Shown: positions 40,720-49,400 of the stretch, in pieces
How the letters are laid out: every line of letters starts with the position of its first letter
Position numbering within the stretch: the stretch's first letter is position 1
Source of the DNA: a virus
Lineage: Duplodnaviria > Caudoviricetes
Direction: 5' to 3' (one strand)
IMG/VR virus record: IMGVR_UViG_3300025141_000077
Coordinates: 712 to 64,711 of that record
DNA length: 64,000 nt
Notes under the pieces: model-generated
Database searches by the model: none
What the model saw: the letters and a program-made list of their open reading frames with translations, nothing else
What the model was told of the DNA's origin: nothing
Made by a program: the position numbers and the translations under genes

Positions 40720-41600
40720 TCAAAATCCTCCAGCGATGTATTACCTTGAAATGTTAATTCCATTGCTAACTTATGATAATCTTCAGATAATTCTATTCCT
40801 ATTCCCTTTCTTCCGAGTTCCCGAGCAACTCTACAAGTTGTCCCGCTGCCCGAAAACGGGTCTAACACTATGTCGCCGGGTTTACTCCCAGCAAGTATAC
40901 ATCTTTTAGGTAATTCAGGTGGGAATACAGCAATATGAGAGTTTCTTATTGCTTTAGGTGCAATAACCCATACGTCTCTTGCGTTCTTTCCTTTTGTTGG
41001 GTCACCTACTATCAATCTTTCACCTTTCTTATTGTATTTCTTTGATGGTTTACTAACTAATGGCTCTCTTATGGCATCCATATCGTAGTAGTATTGTTGA
41101 TTCTTCGACAGCAAAAATATAAATTCGTGCGACCGTGTCGGTCTGTTCCTAACGCTTTCAGGGATGGGGTTAGGTTTGTGCCATACAATATCACAACGCA
41201 AATACCACCCTGCTTCTCTGAGGGCAAATGCAGCCACCCACGGCACACCAATGAGGTCTCGGGCTTTGATATTAGCTCCTGTTTTATTGACCTTAGTGTT
41301 GCGTGTTCCTCTCTTATCACTGCCTGTAGCACCGCCTGTGTTTCCAGAAAACCCGGCATAACTATCTCCTATGTTCAGCCATACTGTTCCATCCTCTTTT
41401 AATTTTGGTTTAATTACTTCGAATAGTCTTACTAAATTCGCAGCATAATCCTCTACGGTAGGTTCCGCTCCAAATTGGTTCTCATTACCGTAATCACGTA
41501 ATGCCCAATAAGGTGGGGATGTCACAACAGTTTGTATTGATTCATCCTCTAAAGTTTTCACTACTTCAACGGCATCTCCCTGTAGTAACTCAGGCTTCAA
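40716..41600 (-). CDS. Beta-class amino DNA methyltransferase (SPPY, probably m4C), orphan
   Basis: Motif IV TSPPYW precedes motif I DPFSGSGTT; likely TTG start at 41600. Confidence 0.92.
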   Translation of the reverse strand: MKPELLQGDAVEVVKTLEDESIQTVVTSPPYWALRDYGNENQFGAEPTVEDYAANLVRLFEVIKPKLKEDGTVWLNIGDSYAGFSGNTGGATGSDKRGTRNTKVNKTGANIKARDLIGVPWVAAFALREAGWYLRCDIVWHKPNPIPESVRNRPTRSHEFIFLLSKNQQYYYDMDAIREPLVSKPSKKYNKKGERLIVGDPTKGKNARDVWVIAPKAIRNSHIAVFPPELPKRCILAGSKPGDIVLDPFSGSGTTCRVARELGRKGIGIELSEDYHKLAMELTFQGNTSLEDFE

Positions 41601-41752
41601 TGAGTATGCTCCACAAACGCTTTGCATTTCGCACAGGTTATATATTTATTCCAATGGTCTCTCTTCATAAATTGTTTTTCCTGTCTACTTACTTCTCTAA
41701 TACCACACATTGTGCTACCAGTAGCTCTGTTTAACATATGTCTCTTTCTCAT
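41597..41752 (-). CDS. Zinc-finger microprotein (51 aa; not in ORF track)
   Basis: H...MCG...TCAKC; coupled at both ends. Confidence 0.6.
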   Translation of the reverse strand: MRKRHMLNRATGSTMCGIREVSRQEKQFMKRDHWNKYITCAKCKAFVEHTH

Positions 41753-41855
41753 TCTTCAATCTCCCATTCTATATTATAGAAATTACAACGACCGTTCATT
41801 AAATCGTCGTATAAATCTTTAGAAATTTCTGCCTTTATTTTTATAAATTCACACA

Positions 41856-42182
41856 TTATTCATCCTCTGCCGGTATCTCAAACCATCCTTGTGCTATACA
41901 ATCCTCTAACCATCTATCGTGTTCTTTTAACTGAACTTGATAGTAAATCATCCCACACATATTATCTATGTAATCTAATAGTAGTTTTTCTTTGCTTTGA
42001 GCACCAGATACCATCTCTTCTAATTCACGTATCTGTTTATTTTTTATTTCTTGATACTCTTGTATCGTTATCCCTTGCTTTTCATTTTCTTTAATGATTT
42101 TATCTGCTTTATGTAGACTGGATGACATTTGCTCACACAATTTACACATATATTTATACTTTTCTTCTAGTTTTTCACTCAT
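41856..42182 (-). CDS. Coiled-coil hypothetical protein
   Basis: Operon continuity. Confidence 0.6.
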   Translation of the reverse strand: MSEKLEEKYKYMCKLCEQMSSSLHKADKIIKENEKQGITIQEYQEIKNKQIRELEEMVSGAQSKEKLLLDYIDNMCGMIYYQVQLKEHDRWLEDCIAQGWFEIPAEDE

Positions 42183-42500
42183 CTAAATACCCTTTTACCA
42201 TCTTAATACTGTCTCTTAAAGATTCATTATCTGTTGTGTCTGCAATTTCAAATTCCATATCACATAACATCTTATATGATGTCTTTTTATCCAGATAACG
42301 TAATAATATTCCTACTAAATGTATTCCTTCACCTATCGTTGTTACCATTGCTTTCCTCCCTGTAATTTTTAAAATAATATGAAACCGCACTCATCTTCTC
42401 ACAATCAACACATTCATAGTAGCACCCTATTATTGTAGAGTCTCGCTTTACTATGTTTTTATGTTCACATTTATTTTGTTTCTTTAAATGCTCTTCTAGT

Positions 42501-42608
42501 TTACGGGTTGGGGTCATAACACTCTCCACATCTTAAGCAACACTTGTGCCATTCTAATGGTATACCGCAAGCGGGACACCCTTCTTCATCGTGCTCGGTT
42601 ACACTCAT
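42501..42608 (-). CDS. CPxCG zinc-finger microprotein (35 aa; not in ORF track)
   Basis: MSVTEHDEEGCPACGIPLEWHKCCLRCGECYDPNP. Confidence 0.6.
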   Translation of the reverse strand: MSVTEHDEEGCPACGIPLEWHKCCLRCGECYDPNP

Positions 42609-42763
42609 TATCCCAAACACTCCACACAAAAGCACGGACTATAATCATCATTCTGCCATTTTACACAATCAGGGTGTTCAATCTTCATTCGTTCTTTGAA
42701 TCTGTCCATCTCTTCTTTATTGGCTCGTTCACATCTCTCACAAGAGCAATCCACACAGACCAT
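42608..42763 (-). CDS. Cys-rich microprotein (51 aa; not in ORF track)
   Basis: MVCVDCSCERC...HPDC...CFCVEC; coupled at both ends. Confidence 0.6.
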   Translation of the reverse strand: MVCVDCSCERCERANKEEMDRFKERMKIEHPDCVKWQNDDYSPCFCVECLG

Positions 42764-43126
42764 TTATTTCTTTACCTTCCTAAACCAGTTGCGCTGTGCA
42801 ATTCTTATTACAAATCTCAGCAATGCAAAACTATAAACTGAATTCAGTTTAATTCTTCCATTAATAGGATGGTCTAGTTTAGCTACTCTTTCATTATATT
42901 CTTCATCGCTCTCAACGTGTCCTTTACAATCGCCTTCACAATCGGGACAATGAATAAAATTACGGTGGATTTGCTTCTCATCTGACCGTGTTTCTATTGT
43001 TATACTTTTCTCACTCTCATCATACTCGAAAGTAGCATACTTAAGCTCTCTTTTAATTACTACTGTATCCTCATCATCTGTTTCCAGCAGATAGTGTTCA
43101 TCTTCATTTATTTCTTCTTCAGACAT
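42764..43126 (-). CDS. Acidic hypothetical protein with a CPDC motif
   Basis: GAGGT SD directly after the structured RNA. Confidence 0.65.
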   Translation of the reverse strand: MSEEEINEDEHYLLETDDEDTVVIKRELKYATFEYDESEKSITIETRSDEKQIHRNFIHCPDCEGDCKGHVESDEEYNERVAKLDHPINGRIKLNSVYSFALLRFVIRIAQRNWFRKVKK

Positions 43127-43140
43127 TTTTACCTCTTTGT

Positions 43141-43270
43141 TGGAACAAGCACACCGGAACAGGGTGTGCCGGGAAAAACAAGTAATAAAACCCGTTGGCT
43201 TGATTTTTAAGGTGTATCATTTAACCCTCTTCCGCATTGAGGGGGCCATACCCATTAATGTGCTTATTCC
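43141..43270 (-). ncRNA. Candidate ~130 nt structured RNA with paired ends
   Basis: TATA at 43293-43300 predicts a start near 43270. 5' GGAAUAA pairs with 3' UUGUUCC-A; adjacent hairpin GCACACC/GGUGUGC; internal stems CCCUC/GAGGG and CGGG/CCCG. Confidence 0.55.
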
Positions 43271-43287
43271 GATTATTAGAATACCTA

Positions 43288-43306
43288 TCTTGTATATAAA
43301 GGTTAT
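43288..43306 (-). promoter_or_regulatory. Archaeal BRE-TATA promoter
   Basis: - strand AATAACCTTTATATACAAG. Confidence 0.7.
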
Positions 43307-43515
43307 TATAAGCATTTTCTTTCATAGTCCCTTCTGCTCATATATCTACCTTTCGCACGAAGCCTAATGTTGCATCCATTACACCACGTATGAGTTTTAT
43401 CCCATATGCTGTGACATTTAGAACACCAATTATATTTTTCATATCCACCTCGCCGAAAACTCGGACCTAGCCGTGCTTTTTCACCGTTGTCGTAGCCGTT
43501 GTAGTCTTTGCTCAT
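43306..43515 (-). CDS. Zinc-ribbon small protein
   Basis: CSKC...CNGC..LR. Confidence 0.65.
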   Translation of the reverse strand: MSKDYNGYDNGEKARLGPSFRRGGYEKYNWCSKCHSIWDKTHTWCNGCNIRLRAKGRYMSRRDYERKCL

Positions 43516-43651
43516 TTATCCATTCCTCTCTTGTTGTATCTTTATAATGCCATTGTCGGCTGTAATGTAAATCCCAGCGACAACCATCACAATAAATTGT
43601 TAAAAAATCTTCACCTATAAAATCGCTCTTACAATGATAACAGTTATTCAT
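43481..43651 (-). CDS. Zinc-finger microprotein (56 aa; not in ORF track)
   Basis: CYHC...CDGC; GAGGTGA SD. Confidence 0.65.
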   Translation of the reverse strand: MNNCYHCKSDFIGEDFLTIYCDGCRWDLHYSRQWHYKDTTREEWINEQRLQRLRQR

Positions 43652-43743
43652 TTAATCACCTCATCAACACAAACATAGCATAATTGGTCTATTGAAATAG
43701 GACATTCATATTTACATCTACGGCATATTCCTATAGTAGCCAT
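43648..43743 (-). CDS. Zinc-finger microprotein (31 aa; not in ORF track)
   Basis: MATIGICRRCKYECPISIDQLCYVCVDEVIK. Confidence 0.65.
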   Translation of the reverse strand: MATIGICRRCKYECPISIDQLCYVCVDEVIK

Positions 43744-43826
43744 TAATCACTTCCACAATGAGGGCAGTTAAACTTGTGGTGTTGCTTCATTCCTATATAA
43801 TTTCCTTTACATCTTATACATTTCAT
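43743..43826 (-). CDS. CPxCG zinc-finger microprotein (27 aa; not in ORF track)
   Basis: MKCIRCKGNYIGMKQHHKFNCPHCGSD; GAGG SD. Confidence 0.65.
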   Translation of the reverse strand: MKCIRCKGNYIGMKQHHKFNCPHCGSD

Positions 43827-43978
43827 TTTATTTTCCTCTTTATTTTTACTCTCTTCTTCGGCACCCTAGTAGGTGCTTCTCTGTATGCCTGATTAAAGTC
43901 TATAAAACTACCACCCTTCTCAGCGGAGGGAGGTAAAGTATATCCTTCATACGGTATCTTAGTTGCTCTCTTTTTCAT
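43823..43978 (-). CDS. Basic microprotein (51 aa; not in ORF track)
   Basis: MKKRATKIPYEGY...KKRVKIKRKIK; ATGA-coupled. Confidence 0.5.
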   Translation of the reverse strand: MKKRATKIPYEGYTLPPSAEKGGSFIDFNQAYREAPTRVPKKRVKIKRKIK

Positions 43979-44147
43979 TTCTCTTTAATATCCATATTGT
44001 TTTCTCAAGCTTACTTAATCTCTCATCAATCTCAGCTCTTAGTGTGTATATATCCCACAATATTCCATCATACGGGGAGCTGGCTAAGTCAATCTCAGTC
44101 TCGCCGCATATGTAATCCAGCATTTGTTTCTTACTTTTTTCGTTCAT
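43959..44147 (-). CDS. Hypothetical protein
   Basis: Operon continuity. Confidence 0.55.
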   Translation of the reverse strand: MNEKSKKQMLDYICGETEIDLASSPYDGILWDIYTLRAEIDERLSKLEKTIWILKRNEKESN

Positions 44148-44397
44148 TCTTTCTCTCTAAAACATTTTGTCTTATACAGTTTGGTGGGTCTGCTTTACGT
44201 GGGTCATAAACTACTGGCCCTACTTCTAACATCCCGCTCTCATCAACCATCTCATATTCTCCGATGTCGTCATCTGAAATTAAAGTATCCAGCAAATCGT
44301 CATCTGTAATGATTTTATTTTTCATTAACTCAGCTACAAATAATGCAAACAGTTTCTTCTCTGCTTCGTTCATATAATTTATGTTGTATTCTTTCAT
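44131..44397 (-). CDS. Hypothetical acidic protein
   Basis: Operon continuity. Confidence 0.6.
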   Translation of the reverse strand: MKEYNINYMNEAEKKLFALFVAELMKNKIITDDDLLDTLISDDDIGEYEMVDESGMLEVGPVVYDPRKADPPNCIRQNVLERKNERKK

Positions 44398-44399
44398 AT

Positions 44400-45134
44400 T
44401 TAAATCTTTGGATGCACGTTAGCACCTGCTTTTGTCCACCGTATTATCTCCCCGTCTTTCCATACACAATAGGCTGCTCGTAAACACTCGTTATCGTGAG
44501 CGTATTGGTCAAACCATTCAAAGAACTCATTATTATCGACTAAATAAGTCTCCATTAACCATACATATTGTGCTCTTATTTTAAAGTTAGGATTTCCTAT
44601 CAATCTATCGTAGTCTATTAAATGCTCCTGAGCCCATAGGTCAAACATCAGCAAACTTTCAGGTATATTTATTCTAATATTCTGTTCTTGTGAAGCATAC
44701 ATTAAAATATGATTAATGCTTCCTATAACAAACGCATATTTACCATCATTTAATCTAATAGGGTAATGCTCATCATTCTTGCCCTGCATTGCTCCCCGTT
44801 TATATAATAAAACTTCTCCCTCCATCTCAGCGAGACCATTAATTAATCTTTGTATAACAGGTTGAGGCACGTGTGCTCTTCTTCCACCACCTGAGCGCCA
44901 TACATAATTACGACCATTCTTTCTATATAATGCTCCATATCCTTTGGTTCTCATTGTGTTTCTCGCTATCATAAATCGGAGCGACTCATCACTTTCAATT
45001 TGTCCTGTTCTTTTCATTAAAGTGTAGCAGGTTGTTTCCTTTTGCCATTCAGCAAGAATGTAATTGAATGTGATATCCGGTTCTTGTGCTGCAAAATCTT
45101 CTAAATTATTTACGTTTATTCTGTATAGTTGCAT
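44400..45134 (-). CDS. Hypothetical protein (244 aa)
   Basis: GGAG SD; no family recognised. Confidence 0.7.
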   Translation of the reverse strand: MQLYRINVNNLEDFAAQEPDITFNYILAEWQKETTCYTLMKRTGQIESDESLRFMIARNTMRTKGYGALYRKNGRNYVWRSGGGRRAHVPQPVIQRLINGLAEMEGEVLLYKRGAMQGKNDEHYPIRLNDGKYAFVIGSINHILMYASQEQNIRINIPESLLMFDLWAQEHLIDYDRLIGNPNFKIRAQYVWLMETYLVDNNEFFEWFDQYAHDNECLRAAYCVWKDGEIIRWTKAGANVHPKI

Positions 45135-45291
45135 CGTGCTCTCCTTTCTTTGGTAATTTTTTGTAGGTGCTGTGTCCTGTTCCTCTCGGATTCTTCTTCT
45201 TCAGTAATCTTTTACGCCAATATGATGACGGATAATATGCTTTGATAAGGTCTTTATCTATCTCTGAAACCTTCTTACGTTTGCGCTTCAC
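45106..45291 (-). CDS. Small basic protein
   Basis: Lys/Arg-rich; GTGA overlap with the upstream stop. Confidence 0.55.
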   Translation of the reverse strand: MKRKRKKVSEIDKDLIKAYYPSSYWRKRLLKKKNPRGTGHSTYKKLPKKGEHDATIQNKRK

Positions 45292-45677
45292 TTTCTTCTT
45301 AACCTCTTAAGCATATTCACGTCTTTCTTATTCATTCCACCAGCATACTTTCCTTTCATATCTCTGCTTCGTTTCATTGAACTTGGATTCCACATATTTG
45401 TGTCACGCTTCATTCTTTCTTTATTCGCTTTAGTGTGTTGGACATATTTCCACTCACCGTCTGAACCCCTAAATCGAGCGGTTCTGTATTCTTCTGTTAA
45501 AACTTCGCTTGGGTCCCACTGATTCTTACACAGCGAACAATAGTAATGGGCGTGGTGATTATTATCTTCAGCATTATACTTCAATTTGTTTGAAGATGCT
45601 TCTTTACACTCGGGGCAAGTCACCTTAACCTGCCCTCGCTTCCCCTTAGGCACTAAAGCCTCCCATTTCATCGTCAT
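45288..45677 (-). CDS. Zinc-ribbon protein with basic tail
   Basis: CPEC...YYCSLCKNQW. Confidence 0.7.
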   Translation of the reverse strand: MTMKWEALVPKGKRGQVKVTCPECKEASSNKLKYNAEDNNHHAHYYCSLCKNQWDPSEVLTEEYRTARFRGSDGEWKYVQHTKANKERMKRDTNMWNPSSMKRSRDMKGKYAGGMNKKDVNMLKRLRRK

Positions 45678-46971
45678 CTAAACTGCTGTAGTCATTTTCT
45701 AAGACATTCCAGCTTTTTAGGTAGTCCTTTATGTCAGCTATAGCAATTACAGCATCATAATTATTTTGTGATACCGGCACATAGTCTTCTAACATATCGC
45801 ACTCAACATAGTAAGTGACAAAGCCATTAGGGATAACAATAGACTTGCCTGAACTGCTGACTCTTACTTGTTCATCTTCAGCTATCCTTTCAAGGCCGGA
45901 ATATTGTCCCTCTTCTGCTTCAATACGGTCTAGCATATCATAAAACTTCATCAACTTTCCTTCTGAAGCGTCATCATCATCCAATGCTGCTGACCAACCA
46001 CTTGAGTTATTACCGTAGTATTTGATACCGCCGTAGTATTCGTATGCTCCTGCACCTTGATACGACCAATTGTATACTGCTCGAGTTGGTTTAAATTCTA
46101 CTTGCTCTGGATGTTTAGTAAAATGCCCGTGTAATTTAGGTAAGAGATGCTGTATAAATCCGAGTGACCTCATTAGGTGCTCCCATATTACATATTCGCT
46201 ACCTGAATGTGCATTGTAATAACCAGCAAATAGATTTATGCCGTTTATATTTAGTTCTGAAACTATTTCACTAACATCAGATATAGAGCCGTTGCACGAT
46301 TTGAGGCCAAAATCTTTACCCCATTCATTAAGCATTGTTTCCATTACATCTGAGCACAACTTGTAATCACTGTTTTGTGTAATTATATCAGTATTGCCGT
46401 TTCTATCAATAGTTATATTGAATACGACATTCTTGAATTTACCGCTGTGATGTTCCATTGCGTGTCTTGCTCCATTACATCCTGTTTCTTCTGATACGGT
46501 CAGAAGTCCGCTTAGTGGTATGTCTATTGCTTTATTGTTTATTGTTTTCAATACTGCAAAGACACCGCACTTGTCATCGCCGCCAATTACCTGATTGTTT
46601 GTTGAGCGCAATACAGTTCCTTTCTTCTTCTGATGCTCGACTATTATGTCTGGAGCAGCAGACCCGACTGTATCCATATGCGCATTCAGCAATATTCTGT
46701 TATCACCTTTAACGTGATTTGCGAAATAGATATTTCCGGCAGTGTCTATCTCATATTCTATCTCAGCGTCACGTAGATATTGTGTCACGTATGCAATCAT
46801 AGCGTGTTCATCTCCGCTTGGACTAAAGATAGAGAACATAGAGCCGATTAAGTCTATATCACTCATTGCTGTCATATTTTCAGGTATCTTGGTAATGATG
46901 CTTTTACTTGCCTTTTCTTCAATAGTCTTTTCAGCTATTGCTTTTGTTGGTTCTTGCTCTTCACTACTCAT
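45646..46971 (-). CDS. M20/M28-family zinc peptidase/amidohydrolase
   Basis: SPSGDE, AHMDTV, GGDDKCG, SEETG, IDR, GSISD, GYYNAH metal-ligand motifs. Confidence 0.9.
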   Translation of the reverse strand: MSSEEQEPTKAIAEKTIEEKASKSIITKIPENMTAMSDIDLIGSMFSIFSPSGDEHAMIAYVTQYLRDAEIEYEIDTAGNIYFANHVKGDNRILLNAHMDTVGSAAPDIIVEHQKKKGTVLRSTNNQVIGGDDKCGVFAVLKTINNKAIDIPLSGLLTVSEETGCNGARHAMEHHSGKFKNVVFNITIDRNGNTDIITQNSDYKLCSDVMETMLNEWGKDFGLKSCNGSISDVSEIVSELNINGINLFAGYYNAHSGSEYVIWEHLMRSLGFIQHLLPKLHGHFTKHPEQVEFKPTRAVYNWSYQGAGAYEYYGGIKYYGNNSSGWSAALDDDDASEGKLMKFYDMLDRIEAEEGQYSGLERIAEDEQVRVSSSGKSIVIPNGFVTYYVECDMLEDYVPVSQNNYDAVIAIADIKDYLKSWNVLENDYSSLDDDEMGGFSA

Positions 46972-48682
46972 TTTCGTTTACCTCTATGGTATAATATTCA
47001 GTGCCGCCTATAAATTCTTGGGCAGCATAACGTAGATTTGGACTTGCTTCTACATCTCTTCTGATGTTGCTGTATCTAATTCTTTGGTCCTCGTCTTTGT
47101 AATATGTAAATTCTGCTTCACTACTATCAGGTTTGCTTTCCCAAAATGGCGACCAAGTCAGCGTTTCAAGATTTACTCTTGTGCCTTCCCTTTTAACTTG
47201 TAATTTGGTGCTATCTCTTAAGAAATTATAAATGCTTGAATCGTGCCTTGAATTTCTATATGCAATTAATTCATATCCCTCAGCAAATGACTCTTTTGCC
47301 CATTCATTTAATGCTTGGAAGAGTCCAACATACACTTCTTTTTTAGCGTTTGTGTGCTGGGATAAATATATTCTTGAAGGAGCAATAAACATAGGATGCT
47401 CATCATCCCATTGCTCTTTAAATAGTCTAACAACTGCACGGCCAATCATATTGCCGTCATCATCTCTAAGGATAGTCAGCAAATGTGGATTAACCACCAT
47501 ATCAAATGCTCCAAACGCATATGCTTGGTTGTTTCCCCTTGTTTGACAACTTCTTAATGCTTCACCATTGTTATAGTTCTCCATCAGCGTATCTAAATCA
47601 AAGCCTATTTGAACACCTACTTTTGTATTAACTACATTAGTTTGGTATTGCTGGAAATGAGTATCCCAATTGCTTTGTTTATAATCTGCATATTGTGGGA
47701 ATCTTACCTTGTAAGCACGAGAGAATATCTGATTGATTGCTCTCTTTAAGTCTGCGCCGTCGTCTGTCTTGTTTTCTTTAAGCATAGATGTTATTCCATC
47801 TACGCCGACATACTCAAGCGAATAATTATAATAATTTTGGCCGAGTTCTTGCATACTAATTTCATCACCCTTAACCACGCCGCCTTCTTTTCTGTTATAA
47901 TATTTAATATGCTTTCTAAATAAATGCCTCAATGGGTGATAAAGCCCATAAGCCTTATGCTCTTGTAAAAATGTGTCAAGTTGCATCATTTCATAGAACA
48001 TTTGCGCTGTTCTTTTGTAAACAGGGCTGCTTAATGTTATTTGTCCTTTCCACCAAGCACCACCATCATCTGATGCTGCTGTTTGTGGTCCTAAGCAATC
48101 TTTATTAATTAAATAAGGGTTATATTCATACTCATCTAAAGCATAACCATAAAATTCTTTTATCGCACTCATCTCTGAAGCACCTGCACGTCTGTAAGCG
48201 TCTTTCAAATGCATACTGCTTACACTTATAGTGCGTGATGCTTCTTGTGCTATATCTCTATGACCGCTTCGATTATAACAATCTTCACATCGCAGTTCAT
48301 AATAATGGTCAGTGCCGATTTCATAAAAATAAATGTCCGCTCCACACTGTTCACAACAACAGCAAGTAGAATCATTGCAGTTATGACATACTATCTCACC
48401 GCTGTATTCACTGTCATTATAATAATCGCCGTTTCGCATATCAATAATTTCGCCGCAACTATCACAGTCGCTGTAATCTCCACCGTGTCGGCAGTCGTGA
48501 CATACGTCACCGCCCGGCACAGGATGCTTATCATCAGATGCTGTAAATTCATCACTACAATCGTAGCATTCCCATAAACTATTACGGCAAGAAGTGCATA
48601 CGCATTCATAGTTTGCCGTGGATTCTATATTGTCAGAATTTTCTTCTGCTCCACATATCTCACACTCTGCTGTATTACACAT
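46964..48682 (-). CDS. Multi-CxxC N-terminal zinc-finger array fused to a putative PcfJ/GNAT-like domain
   Basis: Eight CxxC pairs in the first ~140 aa; later RSCQ...IGRAVVR...RIY pattern. Fold call is tentative. Confidence 0.6.
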   Translation of the reverse strand: MCNTAECEICGAEENSDNIESTANYECVCTSCRNSLWECYDCSDEFTASDDKHPVPGGDVCHDCRHGGDYSDCDSCGEIIDMRNGDYYNDSEYSGEIVCHNCNDSTCCCCEQCGADIYFYEIGTDHYYELRCEDCYNRSGHRDIAQEASRTISVSSMHLKDAYRRAGASEMSAIKEFYGYALDEYEYNPYLINKDCLGPQTAASDDGGAWWKGQITLSSPVYKRTAQMFYEMMQLDTFLQEHKAYGLYHPLRHLFRKHIKYYNRKEGGVVKGDEISMQELGQNYYNYSLEYVGVDGITSMLKENKTDDGADLKRAINQIFSRAYKVRFPQYADYKQSNWDTHFQQYQTNVVNTKVGVQIGFDLDTLMENYNNGEALRSCQTRGNNQAYAFGAFDMVVNPHLLTILRDDDGNMIGRAVVRLFKEQWDDEHPMFIAPSRIYLSQHTNAKKEVYVGLFQALNEWAKESFAEGYELIAYRNSRHDSSIYNFLRDSTKLQVKREGTRVNLETLTWSPFWESKPDSSEAEFTYYKDEDQRIRYSNIRRDVEASPNLRYAAQEFIGGTEYYTIEVNENE

Positions 48683-48703
48683 TTAATTTGCTCCTGAAAC
48701 GAA

Positions 48704-48781
48704 TGGACCTGCCGACCGGATTTGAACCGGTGTCCGAGCAACAAGATTGCCCGATGATGGGCCGGACTACACTACGGCAGG
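48704..48781 (-). tRNA. tRNA-like gene, 78 nt with encoded CCA; anticodon position reads CTT (nominally Lys), atypical
   Basis: Acceptor CCTGCCG/CGGCAGG-T-CCA; D-arm GTGTAGTCCGGCCCATCAT; anticodon arm GGGCA-ATCTTGT-TGCTC; 4 nt variable loop; T-arm ACCGG-TTCAAAT-CCGGT. Confidence 0.85.
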
Positions 48782-48855
48782 AACTATTTCGCTTCATTTT
48801 ATTATTCTCGTTGCTTTTTCTCAGATTGCTCACTGTGAACTGCTCTATCACCTTC

Positions 48856-48873
48856 CTTATATATAAAGACTTC
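48856..48873 (-). promoter_or_regulatory. BRE-TATA promoter for the tRNA-like gene and downstream operon
   Basis: - strand GAAGTCTTTATATATAAG. Confidence 0.7.
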
Positions 48874-49107
48874 TCAGCGTCTGTTTTTTCTCTCTTAACT
48901 TTGCCGGGAACGAAACCAGAATCGGAGGAGCAGGGAAAACAATAACCTGCTTTAATTCTAACTTCGTTCCTATCGGCGTTCATCTTTTATTATTCTTCGC
49001 TCCAATAATAACATTCAAACCAAGCATCATACCAATCTATCATCTGTGCTCTCTATAATGTAATTGAAATGCTACGAACATATACCAAGCTTCATTGCTT
49101 CCTATCA

Positions 49108-49251
49108 TTAAAAATGTCCTGTGCTCATTACGTTATCCATTGCTTTCTGATGCACAGCATAACAGTCCTTACACATATCGGCAGCTTGCCAAAATTCTAA
49201 TGCTGGTTTACCACACAGCAGTTTACATTTCTTTTGCTCTTTTTTGTTCAT
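49108..49251 (-). CDS. Zinc-finger microprotein (47 aa; not in ORF track)
   Basis: CKLLCGKPA...CKDCY; TAATG-coupled at both ends. Confidence 0.6.
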   Translation of the reverse strand: MNKKEQKKCKLLCGKPALEFWQAADMCKDCYAVHQKAMDNVMSTGHF

Positions 49252-49400
49252 TAAAGCAACTCCATTACTTCGCCCCATTGCTCGTCATCAATAGTGCCGT
49301 TTTGATATAACGGCGCAGTCCATAAACTGCCGTCAATCATTGCATATATGTTGCCGGGGAATAGGTTTATGCTGAATGTTTCTTCTTTGCTTGGTATCAT
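49251..49400 (-). CDS. Microprotein (49 aa; not in ORF track)
   Basis: MIPSKEETFS...WGEVMELL; coupled at both ends. Confidence 0.55.
   Translation of the reverse strand: MIPSKEETFSINLFPGNIYAMIDGSLWTAPLYQNGTIDDEQWGEVMELL

Noticed and set aside
40059-41600. Methyltransferase plus nearby nuclease as a restriction-modification pair
   Set aside because: The nuclease looks like an Hjc/RecU-type resolvase; orphan MTases are routine in such viruses.
43137-43367. 76 aa + strand ORF; also 5S rRNA, SRP or Y RNA identity for the structured RNA
   Set aside because: The ORF opposes the operon direction. The RNA lacks the 5S, SRP and Y RNA consensus motifs I can recognise.
48613-48983. ORFs 48675-48983 (-) and 48613-48945 (+)
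   Set aside because: Both run across the tRNA-like gene and its promoter and look non-protein-like. The - strand one abuts neighbouring genes, so it cannot be fully excluded.
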